A stretch of DNA of 64,000 nucleotides from Candidatus Micrarchaeia archaeon (GCA_049966395.1 JBMFUT010000001.1:30816-94815), one strand, 5' to 3'. Shown: positions 47,549 through 57,735, counted from the stretch's first letter. The notes: generated by a model not told the origin, from the sequence alone. Translations and numbers: made by a program.

Positions 47549-47839
47549 GCAAAATATAATAAACCATCTAAACTTTTGGTTGATTCACCTAAAAAGCTGC
47601 GATCAACCAACATATGCGCTGCTCCTGTGTCAAAACTACACGTTATAACTGAATTGGCAAAACAAAATATATATCAACTTTAACTGTGCAATAAGAATGG
47701 CCATTGTCGGTGCCATTATACCAAATTGAAATCCCACGGCTGGATTAGTGGGACGGCGTCACATTTGCACTGCAGAAGCATTTGTGTGGCTGCTTTGCAG
47801 CGCAATTTAGGACAGTTCAAGCCACATGTTGGGGATTTT

Positions 47840-48295
47840 ATGGAAGAGTGCGAGATTTGCGGCAAGCCTACGGACGTTGTGTATGTTGTGGAGATAGAAG
47901 GCGCAGAGATGCACGTTTGCGAGAGCTGCGCGAAGGGCAAGAAAATAATAGAGAAAATATCTGAAAAGCCGGAAGTGATTCACCGTGCCACAGTCGCAAT
48001 GCGGCAGGAAGAGGAGCTAATAGACAATTATGGCACGGCGGTCAGGAAGGCAAGGGAGAAGCTAGACATGCCCCTCAAGACGCTAGCCGAAAGGCTCAAT
48101 GAAAAAGAGAGCATGCTCCGAAGGGTGGAAGAGGAAAAAATGCTTCCAAGCGACGAGCTTGTCAAAAAGCTGGAGCGCGAGCTAGGCATAAAGCTCACTG
48201 CGGCTCCAAAGGCCGATTTGTCTAGCGCGAGGCCAGGGAGGGACGCCCCGATAACATTGGGCGACGCCGCTTCAAGGAAGGATCAGAAGAAGTGA
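47840..48295 (+). CDS. mbf1: Archaeal MBF1 (zinc ribbon plus Cro/C1-type HTH)
   Basis: MEECEICGKPT...VCESCAKG zinc ribbon, then the HTH LKTLAERLNEKESMLRRVEEEKMLPSDELVKKLERELGIKL. The ATG is at 47840. Confidence 0.8.
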   Translation: MEECEICGKPTDVVYVVEIEGAEMHVCESCAKGKKIIEKISEKPEVIHRATVAMRQEEELIDNYGTAVRKAREKLDMPLKTLAERLNEKESMLRRVEEEKMLPSDELVKKLERELGIKLTAAPKADLSSARPGRDAPITLGDAASRKDQKK

Positions 48296-48299
48296 GCCC

Positions 48300-49358
48300 T
48301 TGGCCGTAGACATAAGCAAGCTTGTTTCAGAAGTAAAGGAAAGCATAGAGCTGCAGCAACTTTCAGGTAAGAGGATAGCCATAGACGCCTACAACACCAT
48401 ATATCAATTCCTTTCTATAATAAGACAGCCAGACGGCACACCACTCGTAGACAGCAAAAACAGGGTCACGAGCCATCTTAGCGGCCTTTTTTACAGGACC
48501 ATAAGCATGATGCAGAATGGCATAACTCCGATATACGTTTTTGACGGAACTCCTCCTCCGCTCAAAGCCAAGACGATAGAAGCCCGGATGAACAGGCGCG
48601 AGGAAGCCTACAAGGAGTGGCAGAAGGCAAAGGCAAAGGGGATGGAGGAGGAAGCAAGAGTGCATGCAATGGCAAGCACAAGGATAAACAAGGAGATAGT
48701 GGAGAGCTCAAAAGAGCTTCTGCGGCTCATGGGCGTCGCTTACATACAGGCGCCGAGCGAGGGCGAGGCGCAGGCCGCTAGAATGGTGCAAGAAGGTCTT
48801 GCCTACGCCGCCGCGAGCCAGGACTACGACCTATTTCTTTTTGGCGCAGAGCGGGTTGTCAGGAACCTGACGATAACAGGCAGGAGAAAACTGCCAAGGA
48901 AGAACGTTTACATAGAAGTGCAGCCAGAGCTCGCGCTACTGAGCAAGCTGCTGGAGAAGCTGCAGATAACGAGGCGCCAGCTCGTGTGGCTGGGCATGCT
49001 CATAGGCACGGACTTCAACGAGGGCATAAAAGGAGTTGGCCCAATGACCGCGCTCAAAATAGCAAAAAGCAGCAATTCCCTTGACGAGGTTTCATCCACA
49101 GTGAAATCCAAGTACGGCGTGGACCTTGGCAATGATGCGCACGAGGTTGAGGAAATATTCATGAATCCCGACACGTCTGAAATTGACAAGGCAAAGATGT
49201 CCTCTGCAATAAAGGATTCTAAGCCTGACAAGAGGATGCTAATAAAATTCATGTGCGACGAGCACGGTTTTTCTGAGGAGCGGATATCAAAGTTCGCAGA
49301 TCTCTTGCTTTCAATAAGAAGCGCAGCTGGGCAAAAAGGAATATCCGACTGGTTCTAG
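48300..49358 (+). CDS. fen1: Flap endonuclease 1
   Basis: XPG-N (GKRIAIDAYNTIYQFLS), XPG-I (APSEGEAQAA, SQDYDLFLFG), an H3TH region and a C-terminal PIP-like tail. TTG start giving (M)AVDISKL. Confidence 0.92.
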   Translation: MAVDISKLVSEVKESIELQQLSGKRIAIDAYNTIYQFLSIIRQPDGTPLVDSKNRVTSHLSGLFYRTISMMQNGITPIYVFDGTPPPLKAKTIEARMNRREEAYKEWQKAKAKGMEEEARVHAMASTRINKEIVESSKELLRLMGVAYIQAPSEGEAQAARMVQEGLAYAAASQDYDLFLFGAERVVRNLTITGRRKLPRKNVYIEVQPELALLSKLLEKLQITRRQLVWLGMLIGTDFNEGIKGVGPMTALKIAKSSNSLDEVSSTVKSKYGVDLGNDAHEVEEIFMNPDTSEIDKAKMSSAIKDSKPDKRMLIKFMCDEHGFSEERISKFADLLLSIRSAAGQKGISDWF

Positions 49359-49410
49359 AATTGCATCTGCAGCAACAGCTGCTGTAGAATGAAGATGAAT
49401 ATAATTAAGA

Positions 49411-49509
49411 TGGACTCCGCGGGAAATTCGTGCCTTCGTATGCGGAGGCGTTTCGAACCCGCAACCTTCTGCATGCCATGCAGACGCGCTACCGTTGCGC
49501 TAGGAGCCC
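49411..49509 (-). tRNA. tRNA-Ala(GGC) interrupted by a 27-nt intron in the T-loop
   Basis: The reverse complement reads GGGCTCC-TA-GCGC-AACGGTA-GCGC-G-TCTGC-ATGGCAT-GCAGA-AGGTT-GCGGG-[TTCGAA + 27 nt + T]-CCCGC-GGAGTCC-A. It carries the G3:U70 Ala identity pair and anticodon GGC. The intron (about 49425-49451) contains a GCCT/AGGC hairpin. Confidence 0.8.
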
Positions 49510-49516
49510 ACCGCCA

Positions 49517-49744
49517 TCACACTGGGGATATGAAAAGTATGTTGCCTCCCCTGAGCAGTATGGTGCCAAGCTTGGCCTTTACGTTGTTGTTATCGTCAAG
49601 CTCTTCCGCGCCGTCAAGCACCATGTTCATGTGCACGTCGAAAGACGTCGCCCTTCCGCGTATTTCTACGCCGTTCTTCAGCCTTATCAGCACCTGCTGC
49701 CCTATTGCCTTGTTCAGCAGATCAAATGGTCTTTCCTGAGTCAT
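49517..49744 (-). CDS. Sm-like archaeal protein (LSm/SmAP)
   Basis: Sm1 VLIRLKNGVEIRGRATSFDVHMNMVL and Sm2 ILLRGGNILFISP; 75 aa. Confidence 0.9.
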   Translation of the reverse strand: MTQERPFDLLNKAIGQQVLIRLKNGVEIRGRATSFDVHMNMVLDGAEELDDNNNVKAKLGTILLRGGNILFISPV

Positions 49745-49759
49745 TTATTTCACCAAAAA

Positions 49760-50812
49760 TTATTTCTTCTTTGCTATTTTTGCCAAGTCCTCCTTCCTGA
49801 CTGCGAGCCTCACCTTGCCTGTGCCTATGCCTATCTGCTTGCCTATGAGCACGCTTTCGGTAACCCCTTTCATGAAGTCATACTCCCCGAATGCCGCGGC
49901 ATTGATCAGGTGCTTTACAGTTTCCTCGTATGAAGCCCTTGCGAAAACTGATTCCTTATCACCTGTAAGACCATGCCTACCCACGCTTTCCACTATGCCG
50001 TTGATGCACATAGCGTCTGCAAGCAGCTGCAAGTGCCTCTGGTCTATAGTTATTCCCTGGTCGGATATCAGCGTCGCAAGCTCCCTGACAAGAGTATTCC
50101 TTGCAGCCTCTATTCCGAACGTCCTGTACATCTCGAAAACATCGTTAGTGTATATCCTGTAATTGTCAACGCCCTCCACCTTCATGATGCCCTCCAGATT
50201 GTCTCCTGCAGAGATTATGTAGTACTCGCCGTTTTTATCCTGTTGCAGCGTGGCCCTGCTAGCCCCAGGCGTGCCACTTATCGTAAGCCCCTCTGCTTTT
50301 ACCTTGAGGCTCCTCACCTCCTTGACATTCTTGGTGTGCGCGAGTATTTTCAATATGCCGTTTTCAACGCCGGCATCCTTTTCTAGGAGCTTGCCGACTT
50401 TTGCCGCGACTTCCTTGGGCGTAAGGTCGTTTGCTTCAAGCGCCTGCATGTCAAGCTTGAAAAGTATCTCGCCTTTTGAAAAGTTTTCAATCCCCCTTTT
50501 GACGACGTCTGAAAGCTTTACTTCGCTTATTTTTTTGAGTATATCATTTGCCTTTTCAAAATTGTTCTTTATGCTGTCCTCAAGGTAAATGTACACCATC
50601 GGAGCCGAGGGCCTTTTCCTGGCGTCTGCAAGCTCCACAAGCCTCGGCAGGCCTGAAGTAGCCATTGCAGAAGCTATGCCTGCAAGGTGGAACGATCTAA
50701 GAATCATTTGCGTGCCTGGCTCGCCTATTGACTGCGCCGCTACCACGCCAACAGGCTCACCGTAGTTCGCGCTATACTTCTTGTATGGGTCTTTCTTTTC
50801 CATGCCAATCAC
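49760..50812 (-). CDS. rpoA2: DNA-directed RNA polymerase subunit A''
   Basis: [19 protein letters not shown] and the C-terminal trigger-loop/cleft region. The GTG start overlaps the rpoA1 stop (an alternative ATG is at 50803). Confidence 0.95.
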   Translation of the reverse strand: MIGMEKKDPYKKYSANYGEPVGVVAAQSIGEPGTQMILRSFHLAGIASAMATSGLPRLVELADARKRPSAPMVYIYLEDSIKNNFEKANDILKKISEVKLSDVVKRGIENFSKGEILFKLDMQALEANDLTPKEVAAKVGKLLEKDAGVENGILKILAHTKNVKEVRSLKVKAEGLTISGTPGASRATLQQDKNGEYYIISAGDNLEGIMKVEGVDNYRIYTNDVFEMYRTFGIEAARNTLVRELATLISDQGITIDQRHLQLLADAMCINGIVESVGRHGLTGDKESVFARASYEETVKHLINAAAFGEYDFMKGVTESVLIGKQIGIGTGKVRLAVRKEDLAKIAKKK

Positions 50813-53397
50813 TCTTCTTCTACTTTGGCCAGCTTCACGTTTATCGCATCGAGGCCATCTCCTCCGTAGAGCGTCTGGACGAGCCTGCCGTGGACGTCTC
50901 TGACACTCAGGTCCTCTTCAACGTAATAGTCTTGCAATGCGTTTATGAGCCTCCTCTGCAGGTAGCCGCTCCTCGCCGTGAGCAGCGCCTTGTAGACCTC
51001 AGATCCTCTCGAACCTATTGCGTGCATGAAGAGCTCTATAGGGTCTAGCCCTATGTAGTAGTTCGCCTTTATGAATCCCCTTGCGCCAGGCGAAATGTCT
51101 CCCGGGGTTATCAGCGGCAGCACTCTTCTGCTATAGTATCCCCTCTTTATCCTTCCTCCAGTAAGCGTCGATTGCTGCCCAAGGAAGATGCTTGTCTGCA
51201 CTATGTTCAGGGTGCTTCCCTTCGCGCCTGCCCTTCCTGTTATGAGCCCAGCGTTGTTAGTAGGCTTAAGGTGCTGCAGTATCATTGTTCCGGCTTCGGT
51301 CCTGGCTCTGTCAAGCTCGGCTATTATGAGTCTTTCGAGCGATTCCTTCAAAGTGTAGCCGACAAGCGGCTCAAGCTTCTTTGTTTTGTATTGCTCAATG
51401 AGCTTCGCGACCTTTTCGAAAGTCTCGTTTATCATTCTTTTTCTCTCCTCTGCAATATCCTCTGTGATGCTGTAGTCCTTGACGCCAATCGAGAGGCCGA
51501 ACATGCTAAGATAAGCGAAAGAAATTTTAGAGGACTTGCTTATGAAGTCCTTCAGCGCCTCGTTTCCGTACCTTGCGCTTATGACAGTGTAGAGCTTGTT
51601 AGACCTGCCGAAGAACTCCTTTGATATGGTGCCCTCTACTATCTTGCCATTGTGTATTTTTACCATACCGTGCTTCGTCTTTATATCTACGCTAAGATCC
51701 TTTGGCAGCAGCATCGAAAGCACGTCCTTGCCGCTGTACATTCCCTTTGCATCAGGCTTAGGCAGCTCGTATACTCCAGCAAGGCCAAGCAGGTATGACG
51801 CTTCATCTTCTGTGAGCTTTGTTTCGTCCATTGTGAGCAGATACGCTCCAGTGACACCGTCCTCTCCTGTGGTTATTATGGGTTCGCCATCCCTCGGGGA
51901 AAACACCTGATCCTGCACCTCCATCAGGTAGCGCGCTTCAGCCTGCGCTTCCAGGCTTTGCGGTATGTGGAGGTTCATTTCGTCTCCGTCAAAGTCGGCG
52001 TTGTATGGCGTTGTGGCAGCAAAGTTGACCCTAAATGTGCGCCCTTTTGTTATCTTGACCCTGTGCCCCATCATAGATATCCTGTGCAGCGAAGGCTGCC
52101 TGTTGAATATTGCTATGTCGCCGTCAACAATCTGCCTTTCTATTATGTCGCCCACCTGAAGCGCCGCGACCAGCTCCTCCCTGTTGGCGTCCGCAATCCT
52201 CTTCCTTCTCCCGTCCTTTGATATGACATTGAGAGCCATCGGATATTCTGTGCGCTTGAGAAGCTCTTTCGCCTCTTCTATGTTCCAAGCTGTAACATAA
52301 AAAGGCACTGTGAGCTTCTTGGCTATCTCTACCGGCACTCCAACCTCGTCGATGTCTATGTACGGATCTACAGATATAACAGTTCTCGCTGAATAGTTGA
52401 CCCTCTTTCCGCTAAGGTTGTATCTGAATCTTCCTTCCTTTCCCTTGAGCCTTTGGGCAAGCGTCTTCAGGGCCCTTCCGCTCCTATGTCTTGCGGGAGG
52501 TATGCCTGCTGTCTCGTTGTTGAAGTATGTAGTTACATTGTACTGCAGCAGCTCCCAGAGGTCGTCTATGATTATCTGCGGCGCGCCCGCATTTATGTTC
52601 TGCTCGAGGCGCTGGTTTATCCTCATTATGTCAACAAGCTTGTGTGTCAGATCGTCCTCGCTCCTCTCTCCAGACTCGAGCGTTATAGAAGGCCTAACGT
52701 TGACAGGAGGAACCAGAAGCGCCGACAGAACAAGCCATTCCGGCCTGCTTGTGGTCGGATCTATGCCAAGAAGCCTAAGGTCGTCGTCGCTGATTTTAGA
52801 GAGCATGTCCCTAAGCTCGTCTGGCTTTATCCTCTTGTCCCCTATGTAGAAATATGTGGGCCTTTCAAACTTGACCTTGTTTTGGGCAGCGCCGCAGTGT
52901 GGGCACTTCTTTATGTTCTTGAGCTTCTTGTAAAGTCCCTGCTCCACTTCCAGCTTGACGCCGTGCGTCGCCCCGTTGTTGTTCTCTTCAGCCTGCCTCT
53001 CGTTTGTCACAGTTGCTTCTTCTTCAACTACTATCTCTCTCTTTATGTGCTCCTTGAGGTCGTCTATCTGCTCTCCGCTGAGGAGTATTCTGTGGCAGCT
53101 TTGGCATGTTGATTGAAGAAGCATATATATGAACTTCGAGAATTCGGAGTGCACCACTGGTCTTACTAGTTCTATGTGGCCAAAGTGCCCCGGGCAGACT
53201 TTCACCCTTGCGCCGCAGGTCTTGCAAATGAGTCCTGGGTCGGTAACCCCGAGCCTCTGGTCGAGAAGCCCGCCGTCTATCGGGTAGCCGTCCTCATTGT
53301 ATGTGTCTGGCACTGTGAGCTTGGCAACGCTGAGCTTCCTTATCTGCTCTGGAGAAAGTATGCCGAACTTTATGTAGTCTACGAATTCCGCTTGCAT
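50809..53397 (-). CDS. rpoA1: DNA-directed RNA polymerase subunit A'
   Basis: Zinc sites CKTCG...CPGHFGH, the catalytic [10 protein letters not shown], and NRQPSLH; 862 aa. Confidence 0.97.
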   Translation of the reverse strand: MQAEFVDYIKFGILSPEQIRKLSVAKLTVPDTYNEDGYPIDGGLLDQRLGVTDPGLICKTCGARVKVCPGHFGHIELVRPVVHSEFSKFIYMLLQSTCQSCHRILLSGEQIDDLKEHIKREIVVEEEATVTNERQAEENNNGATHGVKLEVEQGLYKKLKNIKKCPHCGAAQNKVKFERPTYFYIGDKRIKPDELRDMLSKISDDDLRLLGIDPTTSRPEWLVLSALLVPPVNVRPSITLESGERSEDDLTHKLVDIMRINQRLEQNINAGAPQIIIDDLWELLQYNVTTYFNNETAGIPPARHRSGRALKTLAQRLKGKEGRFRYNLSGKRVNYSARTVISVDPYIDIDEVGVPVEIAKKLTVPFYVTAWNIEEAKELLKRTEYPMALNVISKDGRRKRIADANREELVAALQVGDIIERQIVDGDIAIFNRQPSLHRISMMGHRVKITKGRTFRVNFAATTPYNADFDGDEMNLHIPQSLEAQAEARYLMEVQDQVFSPRDGEPIITTGEDGVTGAYLLTMDETKLTEDEASYLLGLAGVYELPKPDAKGMYSGKDVLSMLLPKDLSVDIKTKHGMVKIHNGKIVEGTISKEFFGRSNKLYTVISARYGNEALKDFISKSSKISFAYLSMFGLSIGVKDYSITEDIAEERKRMINETFEKVAKLIEQYKTKKLEPLVGYTLKESLERLIIAELDRARTEAGTMILQHLKPTNNAGLITGRAGAKGSTLNIVQTSIFLGQQSTLTGGRIKRGYYSRRVLPLITPGDISPGARGFIKANYYIGLDPIELFMHAIGSRGSEVYKALLTARSGYLQRRLINALQDYYVEEDLSVRDVHGRLVQTLYGGDGLDAINVKLAKVEEE

Positions 53398-53401
53398 AAT
53401 A

Positions 53402-55228
53402 TCATTCCTTCAAAGAAACCCTTGACAGCACGTGCATAGACCTTATCTCGTCTAGCAGCAGCTTGAAGGCGTAGCTTATCTCTACCTCTTCCAGGTTGTT
53501 GCCTCTGCACATAGGGCATATTGCCACTTTCTTTATGTAATCGTAATAGCCTATGCTTCCGCAGTCCTTGCAAATCCAGACGCTCGCCTTGTCGCTTTGC
53601 TCAAGAAGTCTTTCCTTGAGAAGCAGGCTGGCTCCGTATCCTACCAGCGCGTCCCTTTCCATTTCGCCGAACCTTATTCCTCCCTGCCTTGCTTTTCCTT
53701 CGGTAGGCTGCTTTGTGAGTATCTGCACAGGTCCGCGGCTTCTTACCTGAAGCTTGTTGCTGACCATGTGGTAAAGCCTGTTGTAGTATACAACTCCCAC
53801 GAACAGCTTCGCCTTGAAAGGCCTGCCAGTTATGCCGTCATAGAAAGTTTCCTCGCCAGTTTTCTCGAAGCCGTGGTCTTCCAATATCTTTCCGTACTCT
53901 GCTATTCTGTCAACACCGCGCTCAGCAAATGCGGTGCCGTCTACGCTCTTGCCAGAGAGGCTTCCCGCCTTGCCCGCGAGCTCTTCAAGAAGGTGGCCGA
54001 ATGTCATTCTTCCAGGTATTCCGTGCGGGTTAAGCAGCAAGTCTGGCACTATGCCCTGCTCTGTGAATGGCATGTCCTCCTCAGGCACTATGAGCGCAGC
54101 AACGCCCTTTTGGCCGTGCCTGCTTGCGAACTTGTCCCCAACCTCAGGGATCCTTATTGACCTTATTCTTACTTTGACTATCTTTGTAGCACCGGTCGAC
54201 TGGGTAAATATTACGCTGTCAACAGTACCTTGCTCTCCGCCCTTGAGGTATGTGGAGTCGTCCCTGAGCCTTTCCTCAAGGCCGCTGATGCCGATGTGCT
54301 CTTCCAGGAATCTCGGCGGCGCCACCTTTCCTATGACAACGTCGCCCTCTTCTACCTGCTCTTCTGTCTCGACTATGCCGTCGTCGCTGAGTTTTGAATA
54401 TGAATGCTCTCCGAGGTAGCCCTCAGTGGTCGGAGGCGGGACCTTGAAGACGTCCTTCTGCCCTCCCGGGTATCTTCTTTCCTCGTCGGAATAAGTCTTG
54501 TAGAACATGCTTCTTCCAAGTCCCCTGTCTACCGCAGCCTTGTTGAGCACCACTGCGTCGGCCATGTTGTAGCCGTAGTATGACGACAGCGCCACAATAA
54601 AGTTCTGGCCGCTAGGATGGCGCTCCAAGCCAAGCATGTCATATGCTGCCGTTGAAACAATGGGCTTCTGAGGATAGTATAGCACATACGCCCTGGAGTC
54701 GAAGCGCTGGTTGAAATTAGATGCAAAAAGCCCCTCGCTCTGCTTGGTGAAGTTTGCGAGCATCGCGTGCCTCGCGAGGCTGTTGTGCTCTGGGAACGGG
54801 CTCACGTTTATAGTCAGACCGAAAATAGAAACAGGGTCCACCTCAAGATGGGTAGTCTTGTCTGTAATCTCTTTTTCTGTAAGCGCAACAGAGATGTTCT
54901 CTTCTTCTTCTGCATCGAGATACTCTATTATTCCCCTTCTTGTAAGATACCCGAAGTCTATCTCCTTGTCTTTGAGCTTTTGGAGCAACTCGCTTGTGAG
55001 CTTAGACTTGCCGTTTTCAACTATTATGTACGGTTTCCTTATCCTTCCGCTGTCGGTGTTGATGCGCACCTCGTTGAGCTTCTCTAGAAACGCCACGTTC
55101 ACTTCTCCTGATATTACTCCCTTCCTCCTGTTTTCTCTTACCTCTTCAGCAAAAGCTTTGCCGTCCTCAACGTAGCCTATTATCCTCCCGTTTAAATGAA
55201 CATAACACTTGCTGCTAGTCTTCGCCAA
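53402..55228 (-). CDS. rpoB1: DNA-directed RNA polymerase subunit B' (C-terminal half of Rpo2)
   Basis: GDKFASRHGQKG, PFTEQGIVPDLLLNPHG, and C-terminal zinc ribbon CKDCG...CPMC; 608 aa. Confidence 0.95.
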   Translation of the reverse strand: MAKTSSKCYVHLNGRIIGYVEDGKAFAEEVRENRRKGVISGEVNVAFLEKLNEVRINTDSGRIRKPYIIVENGKSKLTSELLQKLKDKEIDFGYLTRRGIIEYLDAEEEENISVALTEKEITDKTTHLEVDPVSIFGLTINVSPFPEHNSLARHAMLANFTKQSEGLFASNFNQRFDSRAYVLYYPQKPIVSTAAYDMLGLERHPSGQNFIVALSSYYGYNMADAVVLNKAAVDRGLGRSMFYKTYSDEERRYPGGQKDVFKVPPPTTEGYLGEHSYSKLSDDGIVETEEQVEEGDVVIGKVAPPRFLEEHIGISGLEERLRDDSTYLKGGEQGTVDSVIFTQSTGATKIVKVRIRSIRIPEVGDKFASRHGQKGVAALIVPEEDMPFTEQGIVPDLLLNPHGIPGRMTFGHLLEELAGKAGSLSGKSVDGTAFAERGVDRIAEYGKILEDHGFEKTGEETFYDGITGRPFKAKLFVGVVYYNRLYHMVSNKLQVRSRGPVQILTKQPTEGKARQGGIRFGEMERDALVGYGASLLLKERLLEQSDKASVWICKDCGSIGYYDYIKKVAICPMCRGNNLEEVEISYAFKLLLDEIRSMHVLSRVSLKE

Positions 55229-55236
55229 TACAACAC

Positions 55237-56709
55237 CTATTCTGATTTCAACTTTCCGGATTCCTTGAGCTTGGAGGTAAGCATCTGCTCGTCTGCGCCT
55301 ATTGTGACCTTTGACATTATGGCAAGATATTTTGTGAGGCCGACCTCCTGTCCTTCAGGCGTTTCAGAAGGGCATATTTTGCCCCACTGCGTGCCGTGGA
55401 CATCCCTTGCCCTGAAGTGCGGGTGCTTCTTGGCAAGAGGCGATTTTACCCTCCTCAAATGGGTTATGGTGCTTATGAGGTTTGTCCTGTCAAGCACCTG
55501 CGAAACTCCTGTCTGCCCAGCAACCCACGTGCCGGTGCCCATTGCGTAAAGCATCTTTTCTGTCAGCGTGTCAGGGCTTATTATGGTTTGTATGTTGAGC
55601 TTCCTTCCCCTTGCGCTCGTCCTTTCTATCTGGTACTTGACATCCTTGACAAAGAATTTTAGCGCGTATGCAAAAAGGTCTTCCATCAGGTCTCCGGCAA
55701 GCTTGACTCTCTTGTTGGCATAGTGATCTTTGTCGTCCTGGTTGACATATCTGTTTGCGACAAGCGACGCCTTCTTTGCCATTTCTATGAGATAGCGCGC
55801 CTTTTCCTTCCTGGATTCCGGCGTGATACCTATGTGCGGGAGCAAGTATGCGTCGATCTGCGTCTCGACCCTCTTCTGCTGGTATTCCTTGGCCTGGCCA
55901 GGCGCAAATCCCTTGCCGAGCTCCGCAAGCGCATCGCTTGGGAGCATGTCCTTTGCCTTGCTGTATTCTATGTTGAGAAGCATGTCGTTCTTTGCCGCGA
56001 CGTTGTCTGAAACGATGTCGACTATTTCCTTCATCTGCATGCCGAGCATCCTGAGCAGCATTATGAACTCAACGTTCTTTGGCGCTGTGGGGAAATTTAT
56101 CTCGAATATTCCATGCTGGTTGCGCGTCACAGCGCATCTCGCCCTGAAGCTTGGTGTTGTTGAAAATACCTTGCTTACCACTTGCGTGTTGCCCTTTTCC
56201 CTAGTGGTCATTATCCTGTTTGGCGCAAGGTCCTCAAGCCCTATGACAACCCTCTCGGTGCCTTTTACTATGAAATAGCCTCCAGGATCATCTGGGTCTT
56301 CCCCGTTTTCTGCAAGCTGGCTCCTAGCCATTATCTTAGTGTTGCAGGCATTGCTCTTTACCATTATAGGCATTTCCCCGACGAAAACCTCGCCATAGGC
56401 TTCAGGCTTCTCTATGCCCCTTATTACTGGCACTAGCTCAAGGAATATTGGCGCAGCATAAGTGAGATTCCTCAACCTCGCCTCGTTAGGCAGTATGCTC
56501 CTCCTGGAGCTGTCAGCCTCTATGATGGAAGGTTTGTCGACCCTTATCTTGCCGAACTTTATTGAGAATCCTTCTACATTCGGCTGTATGGTGCCCTGCC
56601 TGTCTATGACGCGCTGCATTCCAAAATCGAGGAATTTGTTGAAGCTTTCTATCTGCTGTTGCACTATGGGCGTCGTGCTCAGGTAAGCCTTCAATAGATC
56701 GCTTGTCAT
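55237..56709 (-). CDS. rpoB2: DNA-directed RNA polymerase subunit B'' (N-terminal half of Rpo2)
   Basis: The N-terminal protrusion/lobe/fork regions end in RARDVHGTQWGKICPSETPEG; 490 aa, immediately upstream of B'. Confidence 0.95.
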   Translation of the reverse strand: MTSDLLKAYLSTTPIVQQQIESFNKFLDFGMQRVIDRQGTIQPNVEGFSIKFGKIRVDKPSIIEADSSRRSILPNEARLRNLTYAAPIFLELVPVIRGIEKPEAYGEVFVGEMPIMVKSNACNTKIMARSQLAENGEDPDDPGGYFIVKGTERVVIGLEDLAPNRIMTTREKGNTQVVSKVFSTTPSFRARCAVTRNQHGIFEINFPTAPKNVEFIMLLRMLGMQMKEIVDIVSDNVAAKNDMLLNIEYSKAKDMLPSDALAELGKGFAPGQAKEYQQKRVETQIDAYLLPHIGITPESRKEKARYLIEMAKKASLVANRYVNQDDKDHYANKRVKLAGDLMEDLFAYALKFFVKDVKYQIERTSARGRKLNIQTIISPDTLTEKMLYAMGTGTWVAGQTGVSQVLDRTNLISTITHLRRVKSPLAKKHPHFRARDVHGTQWGKICPSETPEGQEVGLTKYLAIMSKVTIGADEQMLTSKLKESGKLKSE

Positions 56710-56720
56710 TTAACAACCTG

Positions 56721-56963
56721 CTATACGACATGCCTGTAATAATAGTAGCCCTTTCCTTCCTCTCTCTTTATCCTTATTATCTGTCCTGGCTTTGCCCCCA
56801 GTTTTTTGGCTTGGGGATCGTCAGCCAGAATCTTGGGCAGCCTCTCCGGAGCTATCTTTAGCTCTTTCAAAACCTTGCTTGCCTCGGCATCGCTGAGCAG
56901 CTCATGTATAGGTACAAGCTCGTGTTCTTTTCTAGCGCTCAACAATACACCTAAAAGAAGCAT
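56721..56963 (-). CDS. rpoH: DNA-directed RNA polymerase subunit H (Rpo5)
   Basis: [24 protein letters not shown]...LPKI...DP...[12 protein letters not shown]...YYRHVV. First gene of the RNAP operon. Confidence 0.85.
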   Translation of the reverse strand: MLLLGVLLSARKEHELVPIHELLSDAEASKVLKELKIAPERLPKILADDPQAKKLGAKPGQIIRIKREEGKGYYYYRHVV

Positions 56964-57080
56964 TTACTCTGGCAACCCTACTTGTAGGCCCGGCATGTAA
57001 GTATTTTTATGCATGAAAAGAATTATAAACATTTTTATTTTGATGCTCACCGCCACTATTTGCAATATCCGGCTGCCGCG

Positions 57081-57566
57081 TCAAGGCGGCGAGCCGAGGT
57101 GCACGTAAATGCCGCTGTATCCTATGAAGAGCGCCACGAGCGCCACAAGCAGCAGCAGCACGAACATCAGGTAGTACGCGCCCTTTCCGTTCTTCTTCGG
57201 GTTTGCATATATCAGCGGCGAGAGTATGCCCGAAACAGCACTCAGCACGTAGAGGCTGAATGCGGGTATGAAATATTTACCACTCTCCATGTTGTATGCG
57301 GCAATGCCCGCGGCATCGACTGCGAGGTATATCCCTAGGAACAACCCGAGGAACGAAAGCACTCTGAAGTCAATGCCCTTGTAAAGCATGTAAGAAGCTG
57401 CCGTCATTATCAAGCCCAAGAAGAGCATAGGCTCCCCAAAGAGCAGATTGTAACCAAGCGGCAGCGGCATTGGCCATGTAAAAGCCATGAAGAAGCCGCT
57501 TACTGCATCGAAAGCACCGAGGACGAAGCCAGGCACAGCAAGCGTGCCTAAGTCCTTCCTCCCCAT
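57081..57566 (-). CDS. Multi-pass membrane protein (DUF981-like; family assignment tentative), probably missing its first TM helix because of a frame change
   Basis: 161 aa with 5 hydrophobic helices. See the upstream 33-codon hydrophobic ORF in another frame (57548-57649). Confidence 0.55.
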   Translation of the reverse strand: MGRKDLGTLAVPGFVLGAFDAVSGFFMAFTWPMPLPLGYNLLFGEPMLFLGLIMTAASYMLYKGIDFRVLSFLGLFLGIYLAVDAAGIAAYNMESGKYFIPAFSLYVLSAVSGILSPLIYANPKKNGKGAYYLMFVLLLLVALVALFIGYSGIYVHLGSPP

Positions 57567-57649
57567 TGCAGGAAAAGGAAATACAGCGATATCAAGAATG
57601 CGCTGCTTCCAAGTGCGAGCAGCATCACAGTAAGAGGGTCTACGAACAC
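57548..57649 (-). other. 33-codon hydrophobic ORF (GTG start) overlapping the start of the downstream membrane-protein gene in a different frame; likely its displaced N-terminal TM helix
   Basis: Translation is VFVDPLTVMLLALGSSAFLISLYFLFLQWGGRT*. The frames meet at a GGGG run (plus-strand CCCC, 57561-57564). Confidence 0.4.
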
Positions 57650-57735
57650 CTAATCACCAGTAACTACTATGCAAAATGCTAAAAATTTTGCCACGCCAGC
57701 GCAGAATATATATCTGTTTGCGCCAAATCTCAATC

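Noticed and set aside
49389-49933. Plus-strand ORFs of 116 and 167 aa covering the tRNA-Ala gene, the LSm gene and the end of rpoA2
   Set aside because: The region is fully explained by a well-folding tRNA and conserved minus-strand genes, and the translations look random.
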